A stretch of 62,521 bases of DNA, counting the filler, from Globobulimina sp. (taxonomy: Eukaryota), in assembly GCA_003354225.1 (NCBI GenBank). It is 29 parts of 29 records of this genome, joined end to end, with 100 filler letters (N's around TTAATTAATTAA, not from the genome) between each part and the next. Parts side by side here need not be neighbours in the genome. Positions count along the whole stretch, not along the records: positions 23,766 to 25,825 come from PIVH01009348.1; positions 25,926 to 27,985 come from PIVH01009349.1; positions 28,086 to 30,144 come from PIVH01009350.1; positions 30,245 to 32,303 come from PIVH01009351.1; positions 32,404 to 34,462 come from PIVH01009352.1; positions 34,563 to 36,621 come from PIVH01009353.1; positions 36,722 to 38,780 come from PIVH01009354.1; 22 more parts are not named here. One strand, 5' to 3'. Shown here piece by piece: positions 24,145 through 36,842 of the stretch; position 1 is the stretch's first letter, and every line of letters begins with the position of its first letter. The notes under the pieces are model-generated. The model did not search any database, had not been told where the DNA came from, and was given only the letters and a program-made list of their open reading frames with translations. The translations under genes were made by a program, and so were the position numbers.

Positions 24145-25821
24145 ATGACCTGTATCAAGAGCAACAACAACAGCAACTGTAACAATGGTGACAACACCAT
24201 CGTTCTCAGCAACAACAAGAATAATCATAACAGTCATAACAACAACAACCACCATAACAGTCATAACAACAACAATCAGCATTTCCATTTCCACCTTCAC
24301 CCACAACACACTGTTAGCGATATACGTGAATTAGTAAATAGATTTAAAAGCGATGACTATGAGAGTGTTGATGATGATGATGAGAATGAGAGCGATGATG
24401 GATACCAACCGGGTATTGATTTAAGTGTGGCGCCTTTAGCTATAACTGATCATGACCGTATCAGGCGATGTTTTAATGAATGGTTTGCTGCAGAATTTTT
24501 GACTGAAACACGCGCGATGATGGATACCCAATGTCCACTCTGTGATAAATCAATGGAAATAAAAGAGCCGTATCAAGTGTACGATGTAAATTTAGAATGT
24601 TTTTATTGCGATGGATGCGATAAGAAAATAAAAACTTGTTCCGATGATATGGTATATCATTGTGAGTGTAATGATGGTTATGATTTATGTGAACAATGCG
24701 TGATTGAAGTCTGTGATTTGGCGAATTTCCCGGCATGCAACAAATTATTATTACAAAATAAATATAAAACAATTCATACATTAAAGGAAAGGATAATACA
24801 AAGAACTAGCGATGATGAAAATATTTATGATATATCCATTAATAAACCAAAAAAGCAATACAAATGGATCAAAGCCTCATCGCTGGTAAAACCCAGTAAA
24901 GCGAAAGGATATAAATGTTTGATTACTAATAAAGATCTTGACTCTAGCACTGCAAAAAGGGAAATTGAACGTGTGATTTACAAAGAATTGGGGTTAAATA
25001 AGCGTACCGCAAAGGTAAAATGCGTCGGTTTGGAAGGCACGCAATTTAATGTTATTAGCTATGAGAGTGGTGATGGATCGCCAGGATGGCTTGTCTTAGA
25101 TCCCGCAGTGCCATCCGGTATTGATTGGGGTGTAGGCGTAGCGCCTTTCGCTATGAGTGAGGATACGCCAATGATGGATACCCAACGCCATTTTGATTCA
25201 GGTGTAGCGCCTTTAGGTGTAACGGAAAGAATATATAAAAGTAACCGGCGATGTTTTGTTTTTCCAGAATATATAAAAGTAATCGGTCGTACCCAATGCC
25301 CACTGTGTGATAAATTCATGGAAATACAAAAAGCATTTCAAGTGTATGGTGACGGTGTATTCGATTGTGTTTATTGCGATGGATGCGATAACAAAATAGA
25401 AACTTTTTCTTTTTCCGATGATGATATATATCATTGTGAATGTAATGGTGGTTATGATTTGTGTGAAAAATGCGTGATTGAAGTCTGTGATTTGGCGAAT
25501 TTCCCGGCATGCCGCAAAATATTAACACAAAATAAATATAAAACCATTCATGCATTAAAACAGAGAGTAATGCAAAAAACCAGCGATGATGAAAAGATTT
25601 ATGAGATCTCAATTGATCCGCCACTAAATATCACGGGACAACGGGGACGTTTTTGGATCAAGGCGGCATCTCTGGTAACAACCACAAAATCCAACAAATA
25701 TAAATATAAATGTTTGATTAATAATGCATTTCTTGCAGCTGACACCGCAAAAATGCAAATTCAACATATGATTTACAGGGAATTGCGGTTAGATCCCCTG
25801 ATGCAACAACAATGGCAATGA
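24145..25821 (+). CDS. Intronless protein with two duplicated ZZ-like Cys/His zinc-binding units
   Basis: Two copies of TQCPLCDK...CxxCxxC...YHCEC..GYDLCExC...DLANFPAC; Asn/His-rich N-terminus. Confidence 0.75.
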   Translation: MTCIKSNNNSNCNNGDNTIVLSNNKNNHNSHNNNNHHNSHNNNNQHFHFHLHPQHTVSDIRELVNRFKSDDYESVDDDDENESDDGYQPGIDLSVAPLAITDHDRIRRCFNEWFAAEFLTETRAMMDTQCPLCDKSMEIKEPYQVYDVNLECFYCDGCDKKIKTCSDDMVYHCECNDGYDLCEQCVIEVCDLANFPACNKLLLQNKYKTIHTLKERIIQRTSDDENIYDISINKPKKQYKWIKASSLVKPSKAKGYKCLITNKDLDSSTAKREIERVIYKELGLNKRTAKVKCVGLEGTQFNVISYESGDGSPGWLVLDPAVPSGIDWGVGVAPFAMSEDTPMMDTQRHFDSGVAPLGVTERIYKSNRRCFVFPEYIKVIGRTQCPLCDKFMEIQKAFQVYGDGVFDCVYCDGCDNKIETFSFSDDDIYHCECNGGYDLCEKCVIEVCDLANFPACRKILTQNKYKTIHALKQRVMQKTSDDEKIYEISIDPPLNITGQRGRFWIKAASLVTTTKSNKYKYKCLINNAFLAADTAKMQIQHMIYRELRLDPLMQQQWQ

Positions 25822-25925
25822 CATANNNNNNNNNNNNNNNNNNNNNNNNNNNNNNNNNNNNNNNNNNNNTTAATTAATTAANNNNNNNNNNNNNNNNNNN
25901 NNNNNNNNNNNNNNNNNNNNNNNNN

Positions 25926-26389
25926 TTGAAAAACGCCACCAAAACTACATATTCCTCTGTCTCTGTTCTTGGATCTATAGCAGTGCCTTTAACAGATAAA
26001 TAATAGTGCCGTGCAATGCATTCGCCTCCAACAATAAGCGTTTCATTGTCGATAATGTTTTTATAACATTTAGAAAATAACTGGTCATTTAGAAAGAATG
26101 AAGTTATTTCATCACAACGTTTGAAGTTATTTGCAACATCCATTACTGAAATTTGTTTTGATTGGAATAAGCCTTTGTACATTTTTTGAATTGATGCAAA
26201 TTGACTGAAATCATGGATAATTTGTAAATCATTCATTCTTGTTTGATTGGTAATTTGTGCATTTCTTTGGTGTACTGCTAACATCGGACTTGTAAAACGT
26301 GTTTGTTCCATAAATGATGAATAAATTGCATGTGGTTGAAAAATACATTGTATTGTTAATACCAATTGCAATGGGAATAAAGAGTGCAT
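25926..26389 (-). CDS. Hypothetical, probably secreted protein, 3'-truncated
   Basis: Hydrophobic N-terminus; open frame to contig edge. Confidence 0.45.
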
Positions 26390-26572
26390 GCAAGTTTCAG
26401 GAAATAGTTTGGTCCAAAGTCCAACAAAATGAGTTGCTAATTTGCGCAGACAGCTGGGCCAATTATGATGGGCTACCGCTAAATATTATAGACAGAAACG
26501 CTATTTTTGTGAAGAATTCATCCTTTTTTAAAAAAACTCTTTAACTTAACGTGACAACCGCAATCAGTAATA

Positions 26573-27985
26573 ATGTGTCTCGACGCACGTTATTTCACCA
26601 AGCTTTCAGATACCATCCAACGATTATTCAAACAATTCTTTTATAGTTTCGGATTGAAACTTGAATCACATCCATGTATGTTTATTGTAATTGGAGTCTT
26701 AATTACATTGGCTTGTGGCACTGGATTAATTGTAAATTTCTTCATGGAAACCAGGTTTTTATATTTAATGATTCCTCGGGACAGTGAGATTTGGAGGCAA
26801 TATACAAACACAATTGATGTATTTGGTGAGCCATCAGCAGTAATGTCATTATTGATATCTGTTGCGAATGACAACGACAATATTTTAACCCCACAAAATA
26901 TGAACACAGTTTTCGAGATTCACAAATCTATTTACACCGAAAATAACAAAACTCGCGGCACAGCATTCAATGATATCGAATACGGAGATATATGTTTAAC
27001 ACCATATGCTTCATCGTATGATTGCATATCTGATATGTCCAATATATTCAGTTCCATATTCCATTCAAATCAAACCCTATGGAACGATCAAACATTACTA
27101 TTAGATGCAATCAATAATAATCCATTGACTGATTTGTTTATTGGTGGCATTCGCTCAGAAACCGCAGCTAATACACAACTAATTTCCGGTGCCACAATGA
27201 TAAATTTTGTATATGAGTTAGAATCATATGGTGGAGACACTGATGATACGGTCTATGAATACATGAAGTATTGGAATGATTACTGGCTGGACCATTCGCA
27301 AGATTACGTGGCACCAAATGGATTAAATATATATTATGTCAATGATCGCTCGTTAGATGATGAAATATGGAGAGTTGTATTTGGCGATCTTGAATTGTTT
27401 GCAATTGCATTTGGTTTAATGATCACATATTTTATATTTGCATTGGGTAAATTAGATTGTATAAATACACGAATGTGGCTAGCATTCAGTGTCGGTGCTG
27501 TGTTAATTTGTGCGTTGGTCTGTGGCTTTGGCATTGGATTATTAATTGGTGGCGAATTATCACTGATTGTAATGTTAATACCTTATGTGATCCTGGGCGT
27601 CGGTTTGTTTTTTTCGATCTGTATAAACATATTAAAAACGCAAAAACAATAAACACAAAAACAAAAAACAGGTGTGGATAATATGATAATTATTGTGCAT
27701 AGTTATGATGAATCAAAAAAGATACACAAAGAGCATATATTGGCACATTCATTGCAGGCATCTGGGATTACAATTACATTGACGTCAATGTGTTCCTGTG
27801 TTGCTTTGTTAACCGCTGCCATCTTACCCGGGATACCTCCGCTAATACAAACGTTTGGTTTGATGGGATGTTTATCGATTTTTGCCAATTATTGCATGCA
27901 GTTTTTATTGTTTGTCCCATTGTTGTTATTTGATGAGAAGCGAAAAGAAAAAAAAGGTAATTTTTGCTGTTGCTGTCTAACGTAT
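26573..27985 (+). CDS. Patched/NPC1-like sterol-sensing-domain (RND) protein; join(26573..27602,27672..>27985)
   Basis: TM1, luminal loop, SLDDEI, SSD helices; 69-nt intron yields P...LGVGVDNM motif. Confidence 0.9.
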
Positions 27986-28085
27986 NNNNNNNNNNNNNNN
28001 NNNNNNNNNNNNNNNNNNNNNNNNNNNNNTTAATTAATTAANNNNNNNNNNNNNNNNNNNNNNNNNNNNNNNNNNNNNNNNNNNN

Positions 28086-28442
28086 TCCAATGAATGGTGG
28101 GAGAAACTAGTCTATGAAACGGTGAATGATCCAATGTACCATTTCATATATTTCTTCTCTGATTTTGTTCTTTTCCCTGATCGTATTATTAAACAAATGA
28201 TTGATTTTATTGGTTTTTATCAAATAAAGCAACTATTAGTCGGTGATGATGCTATTGCTAACATTATAGATCTAATTGGCGATGGTTTCCATCGGACACT
28301 AAGACAAAATAGAACGAAATTCTGTGATTTTGGAAATTATTTAGGAATGGAAAATGCAAGGAATTTGACTAAAAACATGAATAAATATTTATTGCCGCAG
28401 TTAAAAGACGAGTATAATCGAACGTGTTCAGTTCCATTGTAA
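28086..28442 (+). CDS. C-terminal fragment, possibly sulfotransferase-like
   Basis: WW...FIYFFSDFVLFPDRIIKQMIDFIG resembles the sulfotransferase YEDL..P....I..FLG segment. Confidence 0.35.
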   Translation, partial: SNEWWEKLVYETVNDPMYHFIYFFSDFVLFPDRIIKQMIDFIGFYQIKQLLVGDDAIANIIDLIGDGFHRTLRQNRTKFCDFGNYLGMENARNLTKNMNKYLLPQLKDEYNRTCSVPL

Positions 28443-29001
28443 TTTAATTTAATTTGAATGATTGCTCCGCATTTCTTTTTTGAATGTAATACAACGCCGC
28501 ATTTCTTTTATTATGTAGCATTCTATAATTATGCTCATTTAGTTCCAATTCATTTATAATATTTACATTATTACCTTTTTTTTGTTGAATTTGCAAAAAA
28601 TGTATATATTGCAAGAAACGCGTAATACGGACGGCAAACCAAATAGAAACAATATACGGTGATAGGAACATTATGTTATTCCCCATAGACTTAGGCGAGA
28701 TTCGTGTGAAGCCGCAATATTGGATATGATATCCAAATGCGCACTATCAGACCCATTCAATCTATGCTTTAATCTGGATTCCATCTCAACGCTTTGCATT
28801 GCGCTTTGGACAAACCGTTGCAGGCAATTACTGCTATATGCCAACTAACTTCAAAGGTTTCTCATTTTACTTGAGAATGGGAAGACGGTACAAACATAAC
28901 TTGAATGGTGGTAAAAAAGTTAAAACTATTTTTATTTGGATCTGACATGAATTAGTTTCAATAATGTTACATTACTTGCATATACTTAGTACCTTCGCAC
29001 A

Positions 29002-29955
29002 TTGATAAAAATTATTGCACTGAATGCAACCATATTTTTTGTGTACTATACATTTTATTTAACACAAAAACAAGCTTATTTAGATTACTATTATCCGATT
29101 ATTCCGATTCAAAAACAAAAGGCAATGCCAGTAACACCAAAAATAATAAATACTGACATCGACGCCGATGATGACAGTTCGAACTCGAACTCGAACTCGA
29201 ACTCATTGAGTTGCGATGATTATTTATTAAGTAATTCAAAATATAATGTTGATTTACATAACGATCCATCAAAATATTTATTATTATCATCTTTATTCAA
29301 AACATTAAATAATACTCAAATATGCAAATTTTTTGAACCAAAACCATGGTCACATATTAATTGGTTATCACATTCGAATATATATTGTTTAATTTATAAT
29401 GATGGTGGTTACAGTTATCATTTTCTAGAAAAAATATTATCAAATGTATTTGAAGTGCCTTACAAAATAATTGATGTAAAGCATATTAATAACAATCAAT
29501 GTTTACATATTGGACCAAAAGATAAATTGATTTTATTTTTACGCGATCCTTTTGAAGCAATATCAATGCATTTATGGATATATCGATTGATGAAAAATAA
29601 TGAGAACTTACCTATTTTATCCAATTATTGGTGTGATTCTAATATGTTTATTCCGTTTAATATAAGAAATGAAGCGAATAAATGGAATAATATGGTACAA
29701 TATGTATTGAATGATTATTTAATTAATTTCGGGAATGAAAATATATTAATGCTGCAAATGGAAAATTTATTATATGATGAATATGATGAATATGAATTAT
29801 TGTCTGTGTTAGAGCAATACTTTAAAATTGCAAATTTCTTATTTGATTCCGATGAAAAGAAAATTAATGATAATAAATTTTCATGGATTACAAAAATAAT
29901 TTGTCAATTGGATAATTTGGATTCAACAAAGGAAATGGCAGTCTGTACTTTGTGA
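29002..29955 (+). CDS. Type II membrane sulfotransferase-like protein
   Basis: N-terminal TM; ILFLRDPFEA (3'-PAPS-binding-like); ILMLQMENL. Confidence 0.55.
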   Translation: MIKIIALNATIFFVYYTFYLTQKQAYLDYYYPIIPIQKQKAMPVTPKIINTDIDADDDSSNSNSNSNSLSCDDYLLSNSKYNVDLHNDPSKYLLLSSLFKTLNNTQICKFFEPKPWSHINWLSHSNIYCLIYNDGGYSYHFLEKILSNVFEVPYKIIDVKHINNNQCLHIGPKDKLILFLRDPFEAISMHLWIYRLMKNNENLPILSNYWCDSNMFIPFNIRNEANKWNNMVQYVLNDYLINFGNENILMLQMENLLYDEYDEYELLSVLEQYFKIANFLFDSDEKKINDNKFSWITKIICQLDNLDSTKEMAVCTL

Positions 29956-30554
29956 TGCTGCTGGTCGTTTATTTTGCATTTTAATGAGCAATATCTATAT
30001 AACAGGCAGACACAAACAATAAACAAACAGAAACATAACAATACTGCACCAAGCACAATATATAAAATGTCATTATCATCAATTTGCAATAATGATAATA
30101 TATTAATGTTGTTATTATCTATATCCATATCCATATCAGACTCANNNNNNNNNNNNNNNNNNNNNNNNNNNNNNNNNNNNNNNNNNNNTTAATTAATTAA
30201 NNNNNNNNNNNNNNNNNNNNNNNNNNNNNNNNNNNNNNNNNNNNGCTACTCCTATTATTCTGACCAGTCATATTTAGACAGATCCGATTTGATGCATTTA
30301 ATTAAGGTAATCGTAACCTGATCAGATCAGATCAGATCAGTCAGCTATATATCGCAGTGACCGTACGTACCTGATTTTTGTTCCGTTTTTCATTTTTGTT
30401 TCCAAATATATGACAAATGAATGAATCACTTTTTGACAACAAGTGATTTATTTCATTTGCCATATTTGGACAAAACATCAGTAATATTTCAACAAAAACC
30501 AGTCATATTTCATTTGCGCATATTTCGAATTCTTCATCAATCTCTTGGTCAAAA

Positions 30555-32087
30555 TTGGATAATTTATGGTTGCAATTGTTTGAATGTACCAAAATGAACA
30601 AATACATTGATCCATTCACAAATTGTATTCAAAATGAAAATGAAAATGAAAATGAAATTGAAATGAATCAACTATTAATTCAAACTAATTTATATTTTAA
30701 TCAATTGCAAAACAACATTTATAAAAATGTATCATATCATTCAATTCTATCATTACGACGGAAAATTATGATTTTACATTTAATAAATACTAGTATAAAT
30801 GTGGAGATATACAATGATTTGTTAATTCATTTCAAAAAATATGAAGCTTTGCATAACATTGCAAGAGAAAATAGGAAATACAAACCATTTCATATTCATT
30901 TAAGCAAATGTGGAGGAAAGGCGATCGGAGAGACAATGCGTGATATAACTCACGAAAAGACACTGCAGAGAGAGCTAGAGATAAAATTGTGGCCAAAATA
31001 CAATGAATGGATTTCAAATTGCAGCTTGTTATATGATTTGAGTCAGAACAAATATTGGATTGAAAGAGAAGATACAATGTACAATTTTGGTTTATGTGAT
31101 GAATTTATATATTTTATGCCAATCCGCGAACCCATCGAAAGAATTTGCTCTCAAACTGCTCAATATTCGCATGTTGAGGAAGTACTCGACGGACAACATT
31201 TGTTAAGAAGCTATAAATCATTGCATAGAATTGGAAAAAATATGGATTTGGATGCAGATAAATGTCATTCACAAAATATTACCATCAATGGAACTGTTTA
31301 TAGAATTGTATCGGAAGCAGTTGATTTTGAGAATTATTTTGTTGAATTATTAAATTCAGAAAGATATGAAATGAATGAAATGGATTCAAATTCTACATTG
31401 GATGATGTGATTCATCGCAGAAACAGTTCTTTAATTTCGATGAATATGTTGAATTTTCCAAAATGTTATCATTTTAATGCTACCAAAATGTTATCAAAAG
31501 GGAATCGTTTGTTCATGGTACCATTTTTCGATCGCGAATTTATTTTTGAATTTACAAAGACTGATTATGTGGTTGATTTGTCCTGGCTAAGAACCAAAGG
31601 ATTGTCAAATATGTATTGTTCATGGCTCGGATACAATGAATCACGCCGCAATTTTATCACTTTGGCAAACTATGTGAAAAGATCAAGTATTAAAGATATT
31701 CATTTTAGAAATGCAATTCAATTTATTCTCAAAATAGATTATGTTATTCCGATGAAAATATTTGACAAAAACCAATCTCAAATGCTATCTCCAAAAAATG
31801 AAATGAGTCAAATTACATTTGATGTAATCAAGAAACAGTTACAATTACAATTGCAATTAAATAAAGAATTGCAAAATCAAAATGTGTCAGATGTCAAAAC
31901 ATGGAAAGTAGCTCATATGTCCGGACCAGGCACTGCGAGGATATCTCCTTCAGCCATTTGTGATGCGATTACAAAGGATGACAAACGGATATTGCGCAAA
32001 TATAATCAATATGACGTTGGATTGTATTCTGCGTCCAAACTAGTTGCAAAAGCTGATGTTGATTTTTTCCATTTCCAACCTAACTAA
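30555..32087 (+). CDS. Sulfotransferase family 2-like protein
   Basis: FHIHLSKCGGKAI (5'-PSB), IREPIERICS (3'-PB), C-terminal NQYDVGLY. Confidence 0.75.
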   Translation: MDNLWLQLFECTKMNKYIDPFTNCIQNENENENEIEMNQLLIQTNLYFNQLQNNIYKNVSYHSILSLRRKIMILHLINTSINVEIYNDLLIHFKKYEALHNIARENRKYKPFHIHLSKCGGKAIGETMRDITHEKTLQRELEIKLWPKYNEWISNCSLLYDLSQNKYWIEREDTMYNFGLCDEFIYFMPIREPIERICSQTAQYSHVEEVLDGQHLLRSYKSLHRIGKNMDLDADKCHSQNITINGTVYRIVSEAVDFENYFVELLNSERYEMNEMDSNSTLDDVIHRRNSSLISMNMLNFPKCYHFNATKMLSKGNRLFMVPFFDREFIFEFTKTDYVVDLSWLRTKGLSNMYCSWLGYNESRRNFITLANYVKRSSIKDIHFRNAIQFILKIDYVIPMKIFDKNQSQMLSPKNEMSQITFDVIKKQLQLQLQLNKELQNQNVSDVKTWKVAHMSGPGTARISPSAICDAITKDDKRILRKYNQYDVGLYSASKLVAKADVDFFHFQPN

Positions 32088-32169
32088 CTATTATATTAAT
32101 AATCAAGAAAAATGGCAAGATAACAATATACAAAAACAACAACACAATATTAATATTAATACATGCAAA

Positions 32170-32303
32170 TTAAAGGTCATCCTTTTCATAATTATACAAT
32201 TCAGAATCTTGTAATTTTAAATCTCTATCCATACTGACCGCATTGTTAAAGGCGTATAAAAATCTTTCTTTCATAACTTTTAATGAAGAATATGGTGGCA
32301 ATT
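32170..32303 (-). CDS. C-terminal end of a HECT E3 ubiquitin ligase (not in the ORF track)
   Basis: Translates LPPYSSLKVMKERFLYAFNNAVSMDRD..., the canonical HECT C-terminal motif. Confidence 0.7.
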
Positions 32304-32403
32304 NNNNNNNNNNNNNNNNNNNNNNNNNNNNNNNNNNNNNNNNNNNNTTAATTAATTAANNNNNNNNNNNNNNNNNNNNNNNNNNNNNNNNNNNNNNNNN
32401 NNN

Positions 32404-33413
32404 CTCCAAATCAAGCACGTATCGCAAAACTTGCTGCCATCGCTCCGAATCATCGCATCGCTGTCGGTGGGGATCACCAATTTGTCCCTCGGTATAAATC
32501 CGGGATCGATTAAGGATGCACGACATAAAAAAACAAGCACCAAAAATAATAAGAATACGCCAATCAACGTGGTGATAATGTCATACTGCAACGATATTTT
32601 GCTGACCCATATGCTCGAACTAATGACTAAGGCTAATATGGTGAATACAAAAAACGTGATGTCTGTGCCAATCATAATCTTACCGCCGCATAAAAATGAA
32701 TTCCTACCCATTTTACGCCATATCTTGTACGAAATACTCGGGAAGTTATACTCGAATATCTCGATGATGGGTAGCAAGGTCATTAATTGCGACACGATGT
32801 ACGAGGCCTGTTGCTCCACACTGCGATCTAAACGTATGTTGAACTCCAAATCATTGATCTCGTTTAGTATAAATTGAGAGGAATACTGTTGGTTCGAGTC
32901 TTGATTGATGCAATGGAGCGAGATATAATTGGCGATTCGCAATTTCATGTCGCGGGTACGCTGCCGTTTAGATCTTCGATGTGTGGCACTTTGCGTTGAT
33001 TCTGTCTCTGTCGAGTCGTCGTCGGAGGAGGAGGTCATTGAGACACCTCCGATATCGATGAGTGGCGTATGGAGCGAGTTGGGGTCCACGTTTGCGGCGA
33101 AAAGAGAGAAGATTTCGTCATCGTCGTTATGGACTATGGGCACATTACAGGAGGAGGCTAAGATATGTATTATTTCGGTGGCTGCGTCGTAGGTTGGTAA
33201 TGCTGTATCGATTTCAATGTCATTTGAGATTATCGAGTCGGTGATTTCTTGTTTGGTAAATGCGCGATTTGTTTCACTATTTTTGCATCGATCGATTATA
33301 TTTAATGTTATAGAATTACGTTTTTTCTCTATTTTCTGTTTTTCATCTTCGACACCTTCTTCTTCAGCTCCTCCAGACGCAGAAGATAATAAAGGACTGG
33401 TTTCCTCTGCCAT
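32404..33413 (-). CDS. DHHC palmitoyltransferase (Erf2/ZDHHC9-like), 3'-truncated
   Basis: GRNSFLCGGK, two TMs, DPGFIPR, KFCDTCLIW. Confidence 0.88.
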
Positions 33414-33550
33414 GATAATACACGTTTTCTTAAGAACCTTGGAAGTTACTGCTATTACTTAGATGTGAATATGGCATTTGCTTATTACTTATCTTTTGAC
33501 ATAAATGGTTTAGTTTCATTCGTAACACGAAAGGACAATATTAAACATCT

Positions 33551-34462
33551 ATGAATTTTCATTTTCATACCTATACATTTGATGAGCCGCTATGGCCACA
33601 ACAATTTGTTCTTGTAGATAATGACCAATTGTACAGATTTTCCTATTCTTTTGATTTACCATTCAACGCTCGACTATTCATAAAAGGTCATAGTTTGGAA
33701 AAAACAAATCAAGTCCAGAAGTATACCGATATGGTATGGCTGTATATTGAAGCATTAAATCATAGAAAAAAATATGAAATTGGCATTGTATCATTGGTTT
33801 GGTATAAACAGTGCAAATGCAATATTCCATTGGATAAAAACATAATAAATGTCATCAAAAATCATTCCGATTCTATACAATTAACTCAATATCAACTCTT
33901 CTCTTCATTGGCTGATTATTGTCAGAAACCAGAATCAGTGATGAAAGCAGAACATTTAAAACGTTGTATTGAGAAAATCAAAAGTCAACGATTGAAATAT
34001 TCACGCGATCGCCGGAAGAGAGCCGCCGAGTTAGAAATGAAATTACAACACAATGATTGTGACGGCGATGACAAGCGAGCACTACAAATCCAACATTTTT
34101 TAGATGAAAGTCACAGTTTAAGAGAACAACGTGCCGCCAAACAAAAAACCAAAGCCTCTGATTTTAAAATCATTAAAGTCATTGTCGAGGGAGACTTTGG
34201 TGGCGAAGTACGCATGGTTCGTCATAAAGGTAATGGCCATGTTTATGCCATGAAAACTATGTTAAAAAGAAAGTGTATTGCTAAAGGTGTATTTAGTTCA
34301 GCGGGATATTACCATTTAAGGTCAGATGACTCAGATCCATGGGTTGTTACTTTAATTCATGCCTTTCAGGTATACAATGTACGCACATGCAACATGATAA
34401 CATAACCTTTGTACCTGGGCATACTACATAGGATGCTTCGACTATTTATTTGGTGATGGAAT
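33551..34462 (+). CDS. Degenerate NDR/LATS-type AGC kinase; join(33551..34369,34432..>34462)
   Basis: NDR N-terminal regulatory segment (R..R..ELE...ES..LR.QR), DFKIIKVI...GEVR, YAMK, WVV.L..AFQ-D...YLVME; 62-nt intron. Confidence 0.75.
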
Positions 34463-34562
34463 NNNNNNNNNNNNNNNNNNNNNNNNNNNNNNNNNNNNNN
34501 NNNNNNTTAATTAATTAANNNNNNNNNNNNNNNNNNNNNNNNNNNNNNNNNNNNNNNNNNNN

Positions 34563-36621
34563 AATATCACAATCAATAACAGTGCAATGTTATCACAAAC
34601 ATATGGAACATTTCGATGCATCGTACTTTCAATTTGCTAAATTTGTTACGTGAACAGTATAGGTACCTATAAAAATCAGTTACTCTCTCTAATGAAATGT
34701 GTATATTGTATACAGATTTATGGCACAACAACAGAATATGACCAATTCTTTAATCAGCGACAGTTATGGGCACCAATACTAAATCATATCATCGAAGGAG
34801 GAAATACCAATGATATTTCATATGAATCACTTCAAATATTACAATCAACAACAAACAATAATAGCAGATCACAACCATCATTAACAAAGCAAAAACCTAC
34901 AACATTTAGTTAAGAATATCCATTCATATAAAATGATTTAAAACTATATTAGCTACACTACAAAATCGAGTAAAGACATTGAAAAGATCAACGTGACCGG
35001 ACAAATATATCAACCATCAAATTATTTATTATTTAAAAAGAATGACTATTATTGGTCATTAAACCACGATTATATTCTAAGGGTTACTTATTCTGAACCT
35101 TTAATTTTATCCCATTTATCGCCATATAAAGTAAACATTGCCTTAATATTTTATTGTCAAAATAATAATGCTTTAATACACCGCTCAGCAATGGATATGT
35201 TTGAACCTCTCACTAAAGTTCAATTACTTGGCATGAAAGATGTTTGGGAACCATTTGATATCATAGTTGATGGTAATATTCTTAAATGGTACGCATTTTC
35301 TACTGATATGAACAAAATATGGCACAAAATATCTTATCAATGTTATAACAGTTAAATATGCATTCCATTGCAAACACAAATAATTAATCATATTGTTTTG
35401 CAGATAAACATATTGCATGTATTTCTAATTTGGATTATAACGCATTTGGAACAGATGGAACCGCCGCAAGGTTTGATTTATATGACATGGATGCAACTTT
35501 ATGCAACGAATTATGCCAATTTTATTCTCATTTTGCTGTTTCTGGATCAAAATGTTACTGTGATAATGGTGATGGGTTGAATATCAATCAAAATGATGTG
35601 ATTCCAAACTCATTTTGTCGGACTTGTCCTGATTTGAATGGGGTTGATTTTTGTGGTGATGGATTAAGAAATTATTGGAATATTTACAATGTAACAAGTT
35701 TGGTGTTATGTTTAGTTCAAATTATTAAATAAAAATGTACGTTTTTTAATTTATAGAGTTGAATTTAAGGTTTCCTGCATCGTTCACCATCACAAAAACA
35801 GATCATAATGTAAATAAAGGACAATATAAAGTGCCATTGGGTTATCAATGGAAATCAAAGCAAAGTGCAAATGAAACAGATATAAATTGTTGGAAATTTG
35901 AATGGGATGGATTTATTGGATACACATTACATTACCAAACCTTTGGATTATTAGATACTAAAATTGGTGAAAGAGCAGCAATTTATCATAAAAGCACTGG
36001 TGTTTTATTGAGAGTGAGTCCGTTGTCACAAAAGGATGATGAACAAATTAGCAACATCATAGATTCAACGCTTCCTTCATTCATTACCATTCAATATACA
36101 ATGGACAACAATACAGATACACCATATACATTTTCTGATGCATTCAGTATTCCATCTGACTACATTCAAACAATAAGTTGAGTTTTTATAGTTTTATTTT
36201 ACTTAATCCGTATACGTATAAACAACCTGCACAGTGAACAACTATTTGGGTTGTTTTGTGGATCGAGAAGATAATGGCGACATGTTTCTGAAACTCAAAG
36301 AGTCGAACATGCTGTCATATGAAGATTGCAATTTGCAATGTGCTACAAAGTCATTTCCATATTTAGGATTGCGATACGATGCAAATACTAAAGTACAACA
36401 ATGTTTTTGTGGGTTTAATTATGGCAGTTTCGGTTCTTTAGTATTAGATTCATGCAATTATTTTTGTAGAGTATCACCGCAATACAGATGTGGCAGTAAA
36501 TTGAATCAATATCAATCACAAAAGATATTATCTGTGTATTCAACAATATTACCATCAGATTCAGCGAATACACCATCCTCAAGTATAATGTCTCGAAATC
36601 ATATATTTGGAGGATATTGGA
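34563..36621 (+). pseudogene. Multi-exon WSC-domain protein fragment with stops in the upstream part
   Basis: YLGCFVD...CNLQC...YLGL...CFCG and CNELC...CYCD WSC patterns; stops near 34880-34940 not explained by introns. Confidence 0.55.
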
Positions 36622-36842
36622 NNNNNNNNNNNNNNNNNNNNNNNNNNNNNNNNNNNNNNNNNNNNTTAATTAATTAANNNNNNNNNNNNNNNNNNNNNNN
36701 NNNNNNNNNNNNNNNNNNNNNTATACTGCTTGATTTAATGACGTGCATTATTTTGTTGGTTATTTTTTTAAACATGAGTTAACATTACTAATAATTCTGT
36801 CAACCCTCACTGTTTTCCGCTTTAATGATTTAGATTTAAAGC

